A DNA stretch of 63,997 nt, filler included, from Octopus bimaculoides (taxonomy: Eukaryota): the NCBI RefSeq assembly GCF_001194135.2. It is 7 parts of 6 records of this genome, joined end to end, with 100 filler letters (N's around TTAATTAATTAA, not from the genome) between each part and the next. Parts side by side here need not be neighbours in the genome. Positions count along the whole stretch, not along the records: positions 19,516 to 44,616 come from NC_068986.1; positions 44,717 to 55,843 come from NC_069002.1; 5 more parts are not named here. One strand, 5' to 3'. The notes beneath the pieces are model-generated. The model was not told where the DNA came from. It worked only from the letters and a program-made list of their open reading frames with translations, and did no database searches. The position numbers and the translations under genes were made by a program. Position 1 is the first letter of the stretch, and every line of letters begins with the position of its first letter. Below are positions 38,055-50,084 of this stretch, piece after piece.

Positions 38055-38208
38055 AGTGAAAAGGGTGAACCGTCTGAGCAATATGTCTCTTGTCTTTCTT
38101 CCTGAGAGTAAACATCAAGCCACCACCACACCACCTCCTCATGTTTCAAACTACTGACAGATAATGTCGACAAATTTGACAAACCAAACAGTTACCAATA
38201 ATTTAATT

Positions 38209-38412
38209 TTAAAAAAATATATAAATATCATTTCTGTTGTATAGTCTTTGGTAAGTTTGAGACGCTTCATATTCCAGTGGGGTGATGTTGGCGTCGGGGG
38301 TGTAGGGATCTACTGGGCTTAGTTGTTAACTGTTGTTGAAGTAAGACGCGGGTTCGCAGTGGTAAGGGGGGAAAAAGCAGAATGCCAGGAATGTGGCGTC
38401 AGACAATCGCAT
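38209..38412 (-). pseudogene. Coding-like fragment with one in-frame stop: MRLSDATFLAFCFFPPYHCEPASYFNNS*QLSPVDPYTPDANITPLEYEASQTYQRLYNRNDIYIFF*
   Basis: Strong C-ending codon use (GAC GCC TTC TAC AAC ATC ACC) in a single frame on both sides of a TAA; not in the ORF track because of that stop. Confidence 0.33.
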
Positions 38413-39934
38413 TCAATGGCTCTGTCCTCAGTGACAAGACAGCAGTGCCAATAATAATAACAATAATAATCATTTCTGCTGAAGACACAAAGCCTGAAAA
38501 TTGGTGGGAGGGAACTAGTCGACTTATACACCAAGACAACTTTGACGGACCAAAAATTGCATGTGATATGCAACAGGGTTTGGAAAGATAGTGACGATGT
38601 TTCAATATTTACATTACATATTCACTCTTATAATACTTTATACCTCGACTTGTATGACGGAAAATATGATGATATTTTCTATCATTAATCCATTTTTTTT
38701 CTTTTCCGCTTTCAGCGATCACTTCCCCTTTCTTCTTACATCTCCTACTTCTCCTCTTTCGACCTACAATTTTCTTTGCTTCTGTTAATATGGAAAAACT
38801 AAAACAAAAAAAACAAAAAATATTATTGCTTTCATTTTCATCACTGTCTCTCCCGCTTCACTTGTCAACCACCCGTTCCTTCCATCACTTTCATTTTTTT
38901 AATTAATTTTGCGCCCTCCCTCTCTCACAAATGTTTCTCTCATATATCGTTTTGACTATTGTCTTTCTTTCATTTCTCCATCTGAACTCCCATTCCTTTC
39001 TCTAACTCATCGTTCTCATTATTTCCTTTCATTCATTAACCTATTGTTGACAATCTCTCTCTCTCTCTTATATCTATATCTATCTATACACACACACTGC
39101 GATCGATGAGACAAAAATAGGTATCTCGTTCGTGTCTTTCGTTTTAATTTTTCACCTCATTCTTTTATTGGTAGTCTAACCCAAAGGCTGTGGCCATGCT
39201 GTGGTACCGCTTTATCTTCGGAATTTATCTTTTTTACATTTATCTTAGTCATCAGACTGCAGCCATGCCCTAAGTTATGGGGACGAATATATCTATATAT
39301 ATATATATATAAAAACAAATAGTAAATGAGTATATGCATATATACGTACAGGTATGTGCATACCGACATCCACCTGTATGTATAGGTGCATNNNNNNNNN
39401 NNNNNNNNNNNNNNNNNNNNNNNNNNNNNNNNNNNNNNNNNNNNNNNNNNNNNNNNNNNNNNNNNNNNNNNNNNNNNNNNNNNNNNNNNNNNNNNNNNNN
39501 NNNNNNNNNNNNNNNNNNNNNNNNNNNNNNNNNNNNNNNNNNNNNNNNNNNNNNNNNNNNNNNNNNNNNNNNNNNNNNNNNNNNNNNNNNNNNNNNNNNN
39601 NNNNNNNNNNNNNNNNNNNNNNNNNNNNNNNNNNNNNNNNNNNNNNNNNNNNNNNNNNNNNNNNNNNNNNNNNNNNNNNNNNNNNNNNNNNNNNNNNNNN
39701 NNNNNNNNNNNNNNNNNNNNNNNNNNNNNNNNNNNNNNNNNNNNNNNNNNNNNNNNNNNNNNNNNNNNNNNNNNNNNNNNNNNNNNNNNNNNNNNNNNNN
39801 NNNNNNNNNNNNNNNNNNNNNNNNNNNNNNNNNNNNNNNNNNNNNNNNNNNNNNNNNNNNNNNNNNNNNNNNNNNNNNNNNNNNNNNNNNNNNNNNNNNN
39901 NNNNNNNNNNNNNNNNNNNNNNNNNNNNNNNNTA

Positions 39935-40160
39935 TATACGACGGGCTTCTTTCAGTTTCCGTCTACCAAATCCACTCACAAGGTTTTGGTCGGTCCGAGG
40001 CTATAGTAGTATATATATATATACACCCACACACGATCGGCTTATACATATTTTCCGTCTACCAAATTCGCGCACAAAGCATTGGTCGGCCCGGGGCTAC
40101 AGTTGAAAATACTTGCTCAACGTGCTACGCAGTGAGGCTGAACTCAAACCCACGTGGTAG
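39935..40160 (-). mobile_element. SINE family B 5' half with partial internal duplication
   Basis: tacgacgggcttctttcagtttccgtctaccaaatccactcacaagg followed by a second ttttccgtctaccaaattc..ggtcggcccggggctac. Confidence 0.85.
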
Positions 40161-40380
40161 CAAAGTGGGCTTCTTAATGCCTAATATAAAATTTCTGTCT
40201 CTCTCAGTTCATCTTTCTCTCGGTTTCTGTACTGCCACTCCCATCGTTCACCACTCCCCCCCCTCTCTCTCTCTCCTTACCTTTTATGTGTGTCGTAAGG
40301 AAATCGAACTCTTGTCGGGAGAAACATACATGGGAATTACATACCATTGGAACATTTGAAATCAACACTACAAATTTAAG

Positions 40381-40640
40381 AAACTTTACAGATTTCTTCC
40401 TCAAAATAGGGATAGCGGCGGCCCGATGGGAAAATGAGCCTCGCGAAGTGTAGTGGCTGCTGCAGCGAGTGTCGCTAGCCGCGGCAACACCATCGTGGAC
40501 ATTACCGCAGGGTACGACTGAGTACACCATTTGTTTTGGGCTATGTGGCCCATCGCCCCATCCTCCTCCATCTACTGCTACTTTACCCTACATCTTTCCT
40601 GTTTCTATATATTTAAACGGTCTAGTAAAATAAAGATTAT
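40381..40640 (+). mobile_element. CRE-clade non-LTR retrotransposon 3' end
   Basis: FFLKIGIAAARWENEPREV*WLLQRVSLA then, frameshifted, RGNTIVDITAGYD* matches the EPRE..WL.QR+S+A..RGN end of CRE-type REL domains; followed by a short UTR and AATAAA. Confidence 0.7.
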
Positions 40641-41282
40641 TGTGATTGCACCGACATGACAAATAGAACCTCTACACGGCATGTCTGTCTTGCTAATAAC
40701 AGTAGCTAAATCTACTTAAAATTACACAAGAAAAGCAAGACATTGAAATATGTAAGTTCTGGTTACAGTATATGAAGAAAACAAAATGGGTAAGAGAGAT
40801 GGGATTGTCACAGTTGAAACAGCTTTGGTCATAAGCCTGTTCAACTGAAGCAAACTTGTAGCTACACAAAAGCAACAACAATGGTATGAGATGTACCTGC
40901 CTAGAATAACATTTCTGAGCAAAAGTTAACTACACTAGCACATTATATTGCATTGGTGACGAGATACGAAGCACCGAGCTACCACTGACCCGTTTACACT
41001 GAACTTCAACATCCTACCGACTAGACCAGCTGTGAAAATAATACGAATCATTGAATGATATCCTTCTTATATTTCCTCACCGCATATTTATTTCTCATTA
41101 ACTTTCTAATGCTCTCTTTATGCTGCAATAAATATGTTTAACACGAACTTAACTGCTGTTTTTCATGTAGATGGCGTTTCTGAACTATTTATTTTCTAAA
41201 CAATTCTAGTTTCTTACACCAAACTCCCATTTGTTTTACATTTATTTATTAAACGATTTTTCTGAGGCAAATGTAACGAAGG

Positions 41283-42062
41283 CTATGCTTCGCTTATGAG
41301 GTCGTTATAATATCGAAACATGCTGGGAGGGTGTACCGAACATGTCACGATGTATGTAGCAGCATTGTCATTGATGTAGTAGTATACCGTTGTGGGCCGC
41401 AGATACGCTTTGTTGAAGATTAGTGGTTGACGGAGGATGAAGTGGTTAATGTAGTTTCTGGTCTTGAAGAGAAAGGCCACTCTTTGAGCTGCAGTCTTTG
41501 TTGCGTTTAGGATGTGCACTTTCTTGAAGAGATCTTTAATGACAGCGGTCGTGAGGGCTCTAGTTTTGTGCTTTTCGTGTTTAAAGGTAACATAAGATGC
41601 GATAATGTTCCCTGATATATACTGTGATGGTTTTTATTCATTTGGGTTGCATGCATGTAGGTGACGCTTAGATACAGAATGTTAGGAAGGAAAAAAATGT
41701 CGACAACATTTGTATAGATGCAGTCGTTGTTGGTGGGGACGGCAAGTTGGTTATAGGTGTATAACGAATAGAACTGAACCCAATATTTACTTCTGATTAG
41801 CGTTTTTATGATTCGTGTATTAAATAAGTTTAACACTAATTTGACATCTGTGACACTTTGCTCGATGTGGGCGCACGCGCGCATGTTTTTCTTTATCTAA
41901 CTGGGAGTAGAAATAGTTGAGCGAATAAGACACGAGTTGTTCTGAGGCGTATTCCATCGAAGATGTTATGTTGTTCCCACTTGGCATCCCTTTGTTCTGA
42001 TTTGCAGGTTGGTTACAATGAAGTACAATTAGCAGAACGCATTGCTTTTCAGGCTTGCACAC
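41283..42062 (-). pseudogene. Intronless ~260-codon coding-like segment with two inferred 1-nt frameshifts; family unknown
   Basis: Three consecutive open segments (SMEYASEQLVSYSLNYFYSQLDKEK / NMRACAHIEQ..YNQLAVPTNNDCIYTNVVDIF..HATQMNK / PSQYISGNIIASYV..HPPSMFRYYNDLISEA*) join at two A-runs; C3-rich codons; AATAAA 33-42 nt after the stop. Confidence 0.55.
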
Positions 42063-43149
42063 ATAGGCTCCTTCTCACTCCATATATATATATACACACA
42101 CGTGTGTGTGTGCGTGTGCGTGTGCGTGCGCGCGCGCAGAGTTTAGGTTAGCTAAAATATGTTTGAGACATATTTCAACTGCTAAAAGGTAAATTCACTG
42201 CAGTTACTGAGAAGAAAATTCTCCTCTTGTGGGAAAAAATTAATATGTATTACAGTTATATATATATATATATATATATAGTTTGCCATAGTTCTGATGA
42301 GGTGGACATTATTTCGCATCACGCGTGTCTCAAAGCCCGTATTAATTCATACACCTACAATATCAATTGGAGCTCATTTCATAATGTACACGTTTGTGGC
42401 ACCAGTCATTGTTTATCCGAAACAGCTGTAAAGATATCACTTGATTACATCATTCATTTACTTCTATACACAACTTCTCTTGTAAATACACTTAACACGC
42501 CTTTTTTTTTTTTTTTTAATACTTCCATGCCCGCTCGATTGTGATCGTTCATGTAGCTGATTTACTACACAGAAGGTACCTGCCTTGGATGAAAGAACTG
42601 GTTTTAAGTTTCGAATTTATCTCAGCACTGCTTGGTGATTATCTATAACCGTATGTTTTACCATTTTTCAGCACGCACACACTCCCCCTTTTTCTCAACA
42701 CACACACACACGCACACATTCCATTTACGCTTGTTTTTTTTTTCTCTTTCCCCTCTCTCTCTCTCTCTCTCCCCTTCTCTAATTGATCTGGCAACCTTGC
42801 TAAGTTGCTCTTCCGACACTCCATCCACATAATACCTGCCCTTTGCATTCATTCTGCGATTTAAATATAGTTACGAGTGATATTTGCTCGTTTTGAAACA
42901 ATCACTGGATTCACATTAAATAAGTCATCAATATTTTCATCACAATCCCTGCATTCTGTTTGAATAATTACTCTCAACTCCATCTGGTTACTCGCTTCAA
43001 ACAACTAACATCTTTCGCTTGCAATGTCGTTTCCATATATCCACAGGATTAACTAGACTTAAAAGAAATGTATGGATGACAAGTAAATCACGTTATTGCT
43101 AACAGTGAGTCTAAAGTCTCGTCCCGATTGTTCAAGGGTTATAATAGTA

Positions 43150-43590
43150 ATAGGCAACTTTGAGGGGAAGGGTTAACCGTTACCCTCGACCCCAATACTT
43201 GACTGGTACTTTATTTCATCGACCTTAGTGGGACGAAAAGCAAAGTTTATCTCGGCGGGATTTGAACTCTGAACGTAAAGAACTGTAAGAAAAACCTCAA
43301 AGCATTTTCCCAATACTCTAGCGATCCTGTCAGTCCACCGTTCTGGCTATAATAATTGTTTCAAGTTTTGGCCCAAGGTCAGCAATTTTCAGGAAAAGGA
43401 TCAAGTCGAAGGAATACTGCTAAGCATTGTGTACAACCTGATAACGATTCTGCCAGCTCGCTACCTTATTACTACTAATAATAATAATCATTTCCGCTAT
43501 AGGCACAAATCCTGAAATTTTGGGAGAGGGGCCTATTCGATTACATTAAACCACAGTGTGTAACTGGTACATATTTAATCGACCCCGAAA
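43150..43590 (-). mobile_element. Cluster of SINE family A fragments
   Basis: Repeated ctcgaccccaatacttgactggtac, ggcacaaatcctgaaattttgggag and acgattctgccagctcgc segments. Confidence 0.8.
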
Positions 43591-43740
43591 TACTTCTTTT
43601 CACGTTGCTCCAGTCCACTCAGCTGGCAAAAATGAATAATCCTGCAACGGACCTGCGTCCCATCCAGGTGGAGAATACATACGCCATGAAACTGAAAAAC
43701 CGGCCCTTATGAGTCGGTATGACACGAGAAGGTAACTTTA
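43590..43740 (+). mobile_element. SINE family D 3' part
   Basis: ttttcacgttgctccagtccactcagctggcaaaaatg matches 44010-44060 and the reverse of 27100-27130. Confidence 0.7.
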
Positions 43741-43792
43741 TCTTAAAAATTTTTTTAATTTATTTATGCTTCGAGTTCGAATCCGAGTGATG

Positions 43793-44200
43793 ATGCATAG
43801 CCTACTGCAGGGGTTCCCAACCTTTTCACAAGGGTTTCCAACTCTTTCTATTCAAATGAGTTTTCCCCACAGACCCCTATCCCTAGTACTACCTTTGCGG
43901 ACCCCAGGCTGGGAATCACTGGCCTAGTGGTTACGGTGTTGCTTTCGCGATCGCAAGATCGTGGCTTCAATTCCCCAACCAGCAACGCATTGTGTTCTTG
44001 AGCAAAACATTTCATTTTACATTGCCCCAGTCTACTTTACTATAGATAAATTTACAATGGACTGGTATCCCTTTCGCGGCGAATATTGGTCTGCCCGTTC
44101 CAGCCAACGGGGCGGTATCATTGAAGGGTTACGTACAACAAAGCGAGAAAGCGCCTTGTGATTAGTGACGTATGACTGCATCAGATAGTCTGGTCAATTC
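43793..44200 (+). mobile_element. SINE family D interrupted in its A-box by the hAT MITE
   Basis: Removing 43808-43929 restores a gcatagccta(c/g)tggttacggtgttgc..cgatcgcaagatcgtggcttcaattccc head. Confidence 0.8.
43808..43921. mobile_element. 114-bp hAT-type MITE
   Basis: TIRs CAGGGGTTCCCAACC / GGCTGGGAATCACTG; 8-bp TSD GCCTACTG (43800-43807) vs GCCTAGTG (43922-43929). Confidence 0.8.
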
Positions 44201-44551
44201 AGAGATGAGTAATATAATTGATAAAGAAAAAAAATGTTTTCTTTTTGTGATAGGAAGAAATCACAGATTAAACAATTTAAGAGAAGAAAAGAATATTAAT
44301 TAACCCGAGTAAAAAGAAAAAAAAATAATAGACAAGAAAGAAAATTCATCTCAGCTGTAGAGATTGAAACGTCTGTCATTGTTGACAGCACGAGTATACT
44401 AATAAATTATGGAGTACAGGTGAGTTAGCTCAGATAGTTTACTTTGATTCTTATATTTATATCTGTTGATCTCTCTAGTTTACTTAGCTTACCATCATTC
44501 AGTCTCACGTGGGAAGGGTATTCACACTAAGATAAATTACGAAATCACAAA

Positions 44552-44587
<36 letters not shown>

Positions 44588-45019
44588 TGTGATTGTGTGT
44601 GTGTATATATATAAATNNNNNNNNNNNNNNNNNNNNNNNNNNNNNNNNNNNNNNNNNNNNTTAATTAATTAANNNNNNNNNNNNNNNNNNNNNNNNNNNN
44701 NNNNNNNNNNNNNNNNGAGAATCTTTTCTGAATTTCGGTTTTTATGTTTTTTTTTTCTGTTTTAGCTATGACAAAAAAAACAAAAAAAAAAAACTTCTCT
44801 CACTACGACACTGACAAGTGTTAAAAGTAAATGGTGATATATTTTGAAGTTTGTGAGATTTCCCTGCAGCTACACACACAGGATCATTACAACTAACTAT
44901 ACGTCTGTATTTATACAGCTAGACTGGATCTACCTTTATATATGTACTTTCAATGACGTTCAAGATTTGGAGATTTGTCGTTGTTGATGTTGATGTTGTT
45001 GTTATTATTATTGACGTCA

Positions 45020-45170
45020 CGAGGTCGATTTTGCCTCCAACGAGGTCGACTTTGCCTTTCATCCTTTTGGAGTCGATAAAATAAATACCAGTGAAGCACT
45101 GAGATCGATGTAATCAACTATATCATTTCCTCAAAATATCAGGCCTTGTGTATAAAGTAGAAAACATTAT
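45020..45170 (+). mobile_element. SINE family A 3' half
   Basis: gaggtcgactttgcctttcatccttttggagtcgataaaataaatacc core, type-3 tail. Confidence 0.85.
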
Positions 45171-45171
45171 T

Positions 45172-45366
45172 ATTATTTACATTATTTACATTATTTACAT
45201 TCGACCGATATTTGTCCTCATCTTGTTTCTAGGCCTGAAATTTTGTGGGAGTGGGTAAGTCCATTACATCGATCTAGTGCGTCTATTATGATAGGAATTG
45301 GTTCTGTTTTTAGACTCCATATTCGAATATCCTTCGAATGTAAATAATGTAAATAATGTACATAAT
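45172..45366. repeat. 33-bp inverted repeat built from (ATTATTTAC)n enclosing a SINE tail fragment
   Basis: attatttacattatttacattatttacattcga vs tcgaatgtaaataatgtaaataatgtacataat, one mismatch. Confidence 0.8.
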
Positions 45367-45429
45367 TCCTCATCTCTGAAATATAGAACTGTATTATTAT
45401 TATTCCTTCGTAACGCAGTGTAGGTAAAA

Positions 45430-45632
45430 ATGCACCGGAGTTTTTAGTCATCTGTCAAGTCACAACAAGGACCTCAGATAGATGATACTTTCCTTAAGAT
45501 GTGCACTGTACCGAATAAGGCTGCTTTTTGCAAGACATCAATCTTGCATGGGGTTTCCAGTTACCTTAAGAAGTCTTGAAGTTTCAATGGGATGAGCCCA
45601 ATGCTCTGATCACCACTGGTATCACTTTTACA
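45430..45632 (-). mobile_element. R4/Dong-clade non-LTR retrotransposon 3' end
   Basis: KVIPVVIRALGS then IDVLQKAALFGTVHILRKVSSI* matches the PVVIGALG / LQK.ALLGT..ILRKVL terminus. Confidence 0.8.
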
Positions 45633-45643
45633 TACCCTCCCGC

Positions 45644-45999
45644 AATATCGTTCACTAGATGACAACGGCACTCTTCTTTTAATTTAGACTATATCTTCTG
45701 GAGGAGTTACTTCAATCCTTTATAAATTAACCAAAATGAAGTAGATTGATAGATGGCAAAATTATTTTTTTAACCTGTTGAAGATACACGTGATGTCGAA
45801 ATATCGTTCACTAGATGACAATGGCACCTCTTCTTTTAATTTTGACTCTATATCTTCTGGACAAGTTACATCAATCCTTTATATATTAACGAAAAGGAAG
45901 TAGATTGACAAAATTATTTTTTTGAACCTGTTGAAGACACACGAGATGTCGAAATATCGTTCAGTAGATGACAATAGCACTCTTCTTTTAATTTTGACT

Positions 46000-46000
<1 letters not shown>
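45644..46000. repeat. ~155-bp tandem repeat, about 2.3 copies
   Basis: Unit start aatatcgttca(c/g)tagatgac at 45644, 45800 and 45953. Confidence 0.92.
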
Positions 46001-46270
<270 letters not shown>

Positions 46271-46279
46271 TATTATTAA

Positions 46280-46505
46280 GACAGTATGCTGGCAAAGTCG
46301 TTAGCACACCGGGCAAAATGCTTAGAAGAATTTCTTCCAGCTTTATGTTCTGAGCTCAAATTCTGCCGAGGTCTGTTTTACCTTTCATCATTCTGGACTC
46401 GATAAAATAAGTACCAGTCGAGTACAGAAGTTCGATATAATCGGCTAGCTCCCGCCCTTCTCAAGAATTGCTGACCTCTTGCCTAAATTTTTAAAAAATC
46501 ATTAT
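46280..46505 (+). mobile_element. SINE family A, type-2 tail
   Basis: gctggcaaagtcgttagcacaccgggcaaaatgcttag..ctgagctcaaattctgccgagg. Confidence 0.85.
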
Positions 46506-46570
46506 TATTACTATTAATAAACAAAACATTGGAAACAATTGAGCACGAAGGTTGCATTGTCCGAGTCAGG

Positions 46571-46580
46571 GCGCATGCGC
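46571..46580. promoter_or_regulatory. NRF1-type palindrome GCGCATGCGC
   Basis: Exact consensus within a CpG-richer patch. Confidence 0.3.
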
Positions 46581-46738
46581 TGACACACGAAGGGACGAAA
46601 ACCATCCCGTAGGCCTGGAGTGGCGAATTTGCAGCGCAATAAAGCTAAAATTCACTTTATGGCGAATTGAAGCAGGCGTGTTCTCTCCGATTTCATAGAG
46701 ATGAAGATTCCCAACAGCACAGCACCGAACTCTCATCT

Positions 46739-46909
46739 TCAGTGAACTGTCGGCTGGAGTAAAAGGCCTTTCATGCATCTCTCATTAATCTTCGCTTTTT
46801 TACACTTCACAACTTTGAAGATGAATCTAGGAGTAAACGAGGCCCTCCTCTCGTACAAACGTGTATAAGTGAGTGGGAGGAAGTACAGAGATTGTCGTTT
46901 AGCGCTGTT
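46739..46909 (-). CDS. Candidate exon NSAKRQSLYFLPLTYTRLYERRASFTPRFIFKVVKCKKAKINERCMKGLLLQPTVH*
   Basis: Strong acceptor atgtttcatttcttttag|, 56 codons open in phase 0; product unknown. Confidence 0.4.
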   Translation of the reverse strand, partial: NSAKRQSLYFLPLTYTRLYERRASFTPRFIFKVVKCKKAKINERCMKGLLLQPTVH

Positions 46910-47020
46910 CTAAAAGAAATGAAACATAATAGTCTTAATTTTGAACGTAACAAGTTTTATTCTACAGATTTCCAACGGAAACTTCTGTGAGATGATAATT
47001 TTTATAATGTTCCAAAGTTA

Positions 47021-47181
47021 TCACGGTTCTTTGAGGTGACGCAGAACGTCCTTTTCGTGTTCAATTGTGGCCTTGTCGTTGAAAACAAGACGGTTTTCAA
47101 AAGTCGTCATCTTCAAGTTTCTCTTGCATATCTTCACAGAACGTTTTACGCTTTTTCCTGTCAACCTTCTAAAGTCTAATC
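47021..47181 (-). CDS. Candidate exon xLDFRRLTGKSVKRSVKICKRNLKMTTFENRLVFNDKATIEHEKDVLRHLKEP*
   Basis: Strong acceptor tatgtttttcttttag|, phase 1, 52 codons, C-ending codons in the 3' half; product unknown. Confidence 0.5.
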
Positions 47182-47269
47182 CTAAAAGAAAAACATACAA
47201 AAGATCATATTTTAAAAATATATTGAATTCTCCTAAAATTTGAGACAATTTGGACGAAAATTGTTCATG

Positions 47270-47312
47270 TTATTAGGTGAAGAAATGATATCAATTTTTT
47301 TGGACACCCTGT
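47270..47312. mobile_element. Solo Tc1/mariner-type TIR end
   Basis: ..atcaatttttttggacaccctg|ta; no partner TIR found. Confidence 0.4.
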
Positions 47313-47599
47313 ATATCATGTACCTGTATTCCATCAGTCTTCATGGTGAGGTTCTTCGCACACTACATCACTTTCTCGAACTCTACCATTTTTTGCCATA
47401 ATATTTATACCCTCCTTCGTTTAGCTGAATTCGTTCTTAATTTCAATTAGTGTTCTTTACGTATGAGATTTATTAGTTTATCAACATAGTACTGGGTAAA
47501 CATGGGTACAAATATAGCTCCGATTTATGCTAATCTAATCATTGATTTCGTTGAGTAACCAATTCGCTGGCTGCACATTTCATATTCACAGTTCACTGG

Positions 47600-48355
47600 G
47601 AACACACTAGAGTTATATGACTGCTACAGTGATGGTTGAATCTTGCCCTGCGATGATCTAAACGCCATCACTCTTCATTTCAACTTCTCTACCTCTGAAA
47701 CCTCTTTTCACGGGATGTCTCTCCTACTGTTCTCTATAAAGCCCCCGACTTTCACACCCGTTTTGATTGTTCTTTCTCACATCAACATAACCTCCTCACC
47801 CTGCTTTTACGCAAGATCTTTCCACCCCACTGTCTGTGTAACCGCAATACTAGCTTTGAAACAGTCAACACATAGCCGGGCTACTTAATCGATACGGTCA
47901 TCCACCCACCCTCATCCAAGCCAGCCTTTACTGGATCCGTTCGTGTAACACACCTCAGCCTTACACTTGCGTCTGCCTCTGACACACCACCGCCTCTTTC
48001 CCATGCATATTTATCCACTCTAGTCTCCTCCACTCAACGCGATACCTTCCACCTCTTCCACTGTCTTAAATGCAGCACATCACTTCCTATTTCTTCCTAC
48101 TCTCATTCTTTCAATCCTTTAAGCATGCATGCAACTCTTTTAGCTCCTCCACCTCATTCCTTTCAACCCCCTGAACCAATGCCCCTCACTTTCTTTCTCG
48201 ACTATCCTTTATACAACGGCATTCCTCCTAGGTTTTAGCTATTCACCTTCCACCTGCGCTATTTCTCTATCGCGCTTAATCTCTCTTTCTTTCTTTGTTA
48301 CACTATGCTTCCCTTTCAATTCTTTTCTGAAGAAGGAAAAACGTCCGAAACCCCA
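47600..48355 (+). mobile_element. Degraded Penelope-like element
   Basis: STSETSFHGM / IKPPT..SH resemble PLE RT 3' motifs; ends with ttctgaagaaggaaaaacgtccgaaac, the typical PLE terminal motif. Confidence 0.4.
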
Positions 48356-48597
48356 CGACACTTCATACCCTTTTCAAGTGCTCATTTCCGATGATAAACC
48401 AATACTGTAGTCGTCATATTTGATGTTTTTGTGTTATTTTATTGACTTTTTAAAATTTATTTTAACATACACACATATATGCATATCGGAGTGTTCTTAC
48501 ATTGTTTTGAAATTATATATATAAATATATGCACACACACATATACACACTCACACACACACACACACACATACACACACACACATACACACATACA

Positions 48598-48649
<52 letters not shown>

Positions 48650-49298
48650 TAAATACAGAAAGACAGACATACACACATATGCATATGTACATACAAATGT
48701 GTGAGTTTGTATGGATCTTTCTCTCTCTCCCTTTACCTCTCTCTTTATCCCTCACCCGCTCTCTCTCTNNNNNNNNNNNNNNNNNNNNNNNNNNNNNNNN
48801 NNNNNNNNNNNNNNNNNNNNNNNNNNNNNNNNNNNNNNNNNNNNNNNNNNNNNNNNNNNNNNNNNNNNNNNNNNNNNNNNNNNNNNNNNNNNNNNNNNNN
48901 NNNNNNNNNNNNNNNNNNNNNNNNNNNNNNNNNNNNNNNNNNNNNNNNNNNNNNNNNNNNNNNNNNNNNNNNNNNNNNNNNNNNNNNNNNNNNNNNNNNN
49001 NNNNNNNNNNNNNNNNNNNNNNNNNNNNNNNNNNNNNNNNNNNNNNNNNNNNNNNNNNNNNNNNNNNNNNNNNNNNNNNNNNNNNNNNNNNNNNNNNNNN
49101 NNNNNNNNNNNNNNNNNNNNNNNNNNNNNNNNNNNNNNNNNNNNNNNNNNNNNNNNNNNNNNNNNNNNNNNNNNNNNNNNNNNNNNNNNNNNNNNNNNNN
49201 NNNNNNNNNNNNNNNNNNNNNNNNNNNNNNNNNNNNNNNNNNNNNNNNNNNNNNNNNNNNNNNNNNNNNNNNNNNNNNNNNNNNNNNNNNNNNNNNNN

Positions 49299-49340
<42 letters not shown>

Positions 49341-49704
49341 TATACATATTTATATATATATATATATATATATAAAGACAGAAAGAGACAGAAATATGTA
49401 TGAAGGCATCCATGTATATATATATATACGTATGTATATGTGTGTATAAATAATATAGGATGGAGATGGGTGCTAGTTTATGCATGTTTGTGTGTCTCTA
49501 AGATTGTTTTCTAGTAAATCTATAAAACATCTACTGTTGTTATTCTCCAGTTTACATGGAATAAAAACCAAAAACAGAAATGTCCATTTTGGATTTTTTT
49601 TTCCCTCCTTTTTCTGACTCTTGCTTTATGCTTATTCACAGTTATAAATCTAATCACACGAAAGCGCACTTTTTGGCATTCAAAATATCTTCCCCAAATT
49701 TATC

Positions 49705-49710
49705 ATTAAT

Positions 49711-49775
<65 letters not shown>

Positions 49776-49790
49776 TATTATCATTATTAT
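49705..49790. repeat. (TCA)n microsatellite
   Basis: Directly visible. Confidence 0.95.
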
Positions 49791-50084
49791 TTTATTATAA
49801 ATTTTTTACTGTTATTATGTATGTACATAAAGGTATAACGACACCTACACCCTTTTCCAAAGGAATAATGATANNNNNNNNNNNNNNNNNNNNNNNNNNN
49901 NNNNNNNNNNNNNNNNNNNNNNNNNNNNNNNNNNNNNNNNNNNNNNNNNNNNNNNNNNNNNNNNNNTATATATATATAAAGTGTTATAGTATACTTATGT
50001 ACAAAAATAATATATGATAGGCCGCTGGTATTTATAGAGTGTTAAACTCTTTCGGTATGCAAATTTGTTGCATTTGTGAATAGA

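Noticed and set aside
47040-47100. FENRLVFNDK resembling the GIMAP NR..VFNNK motif
   Set aside because: No P-loop or other AIG1 motif nearby; the match is anecdotal
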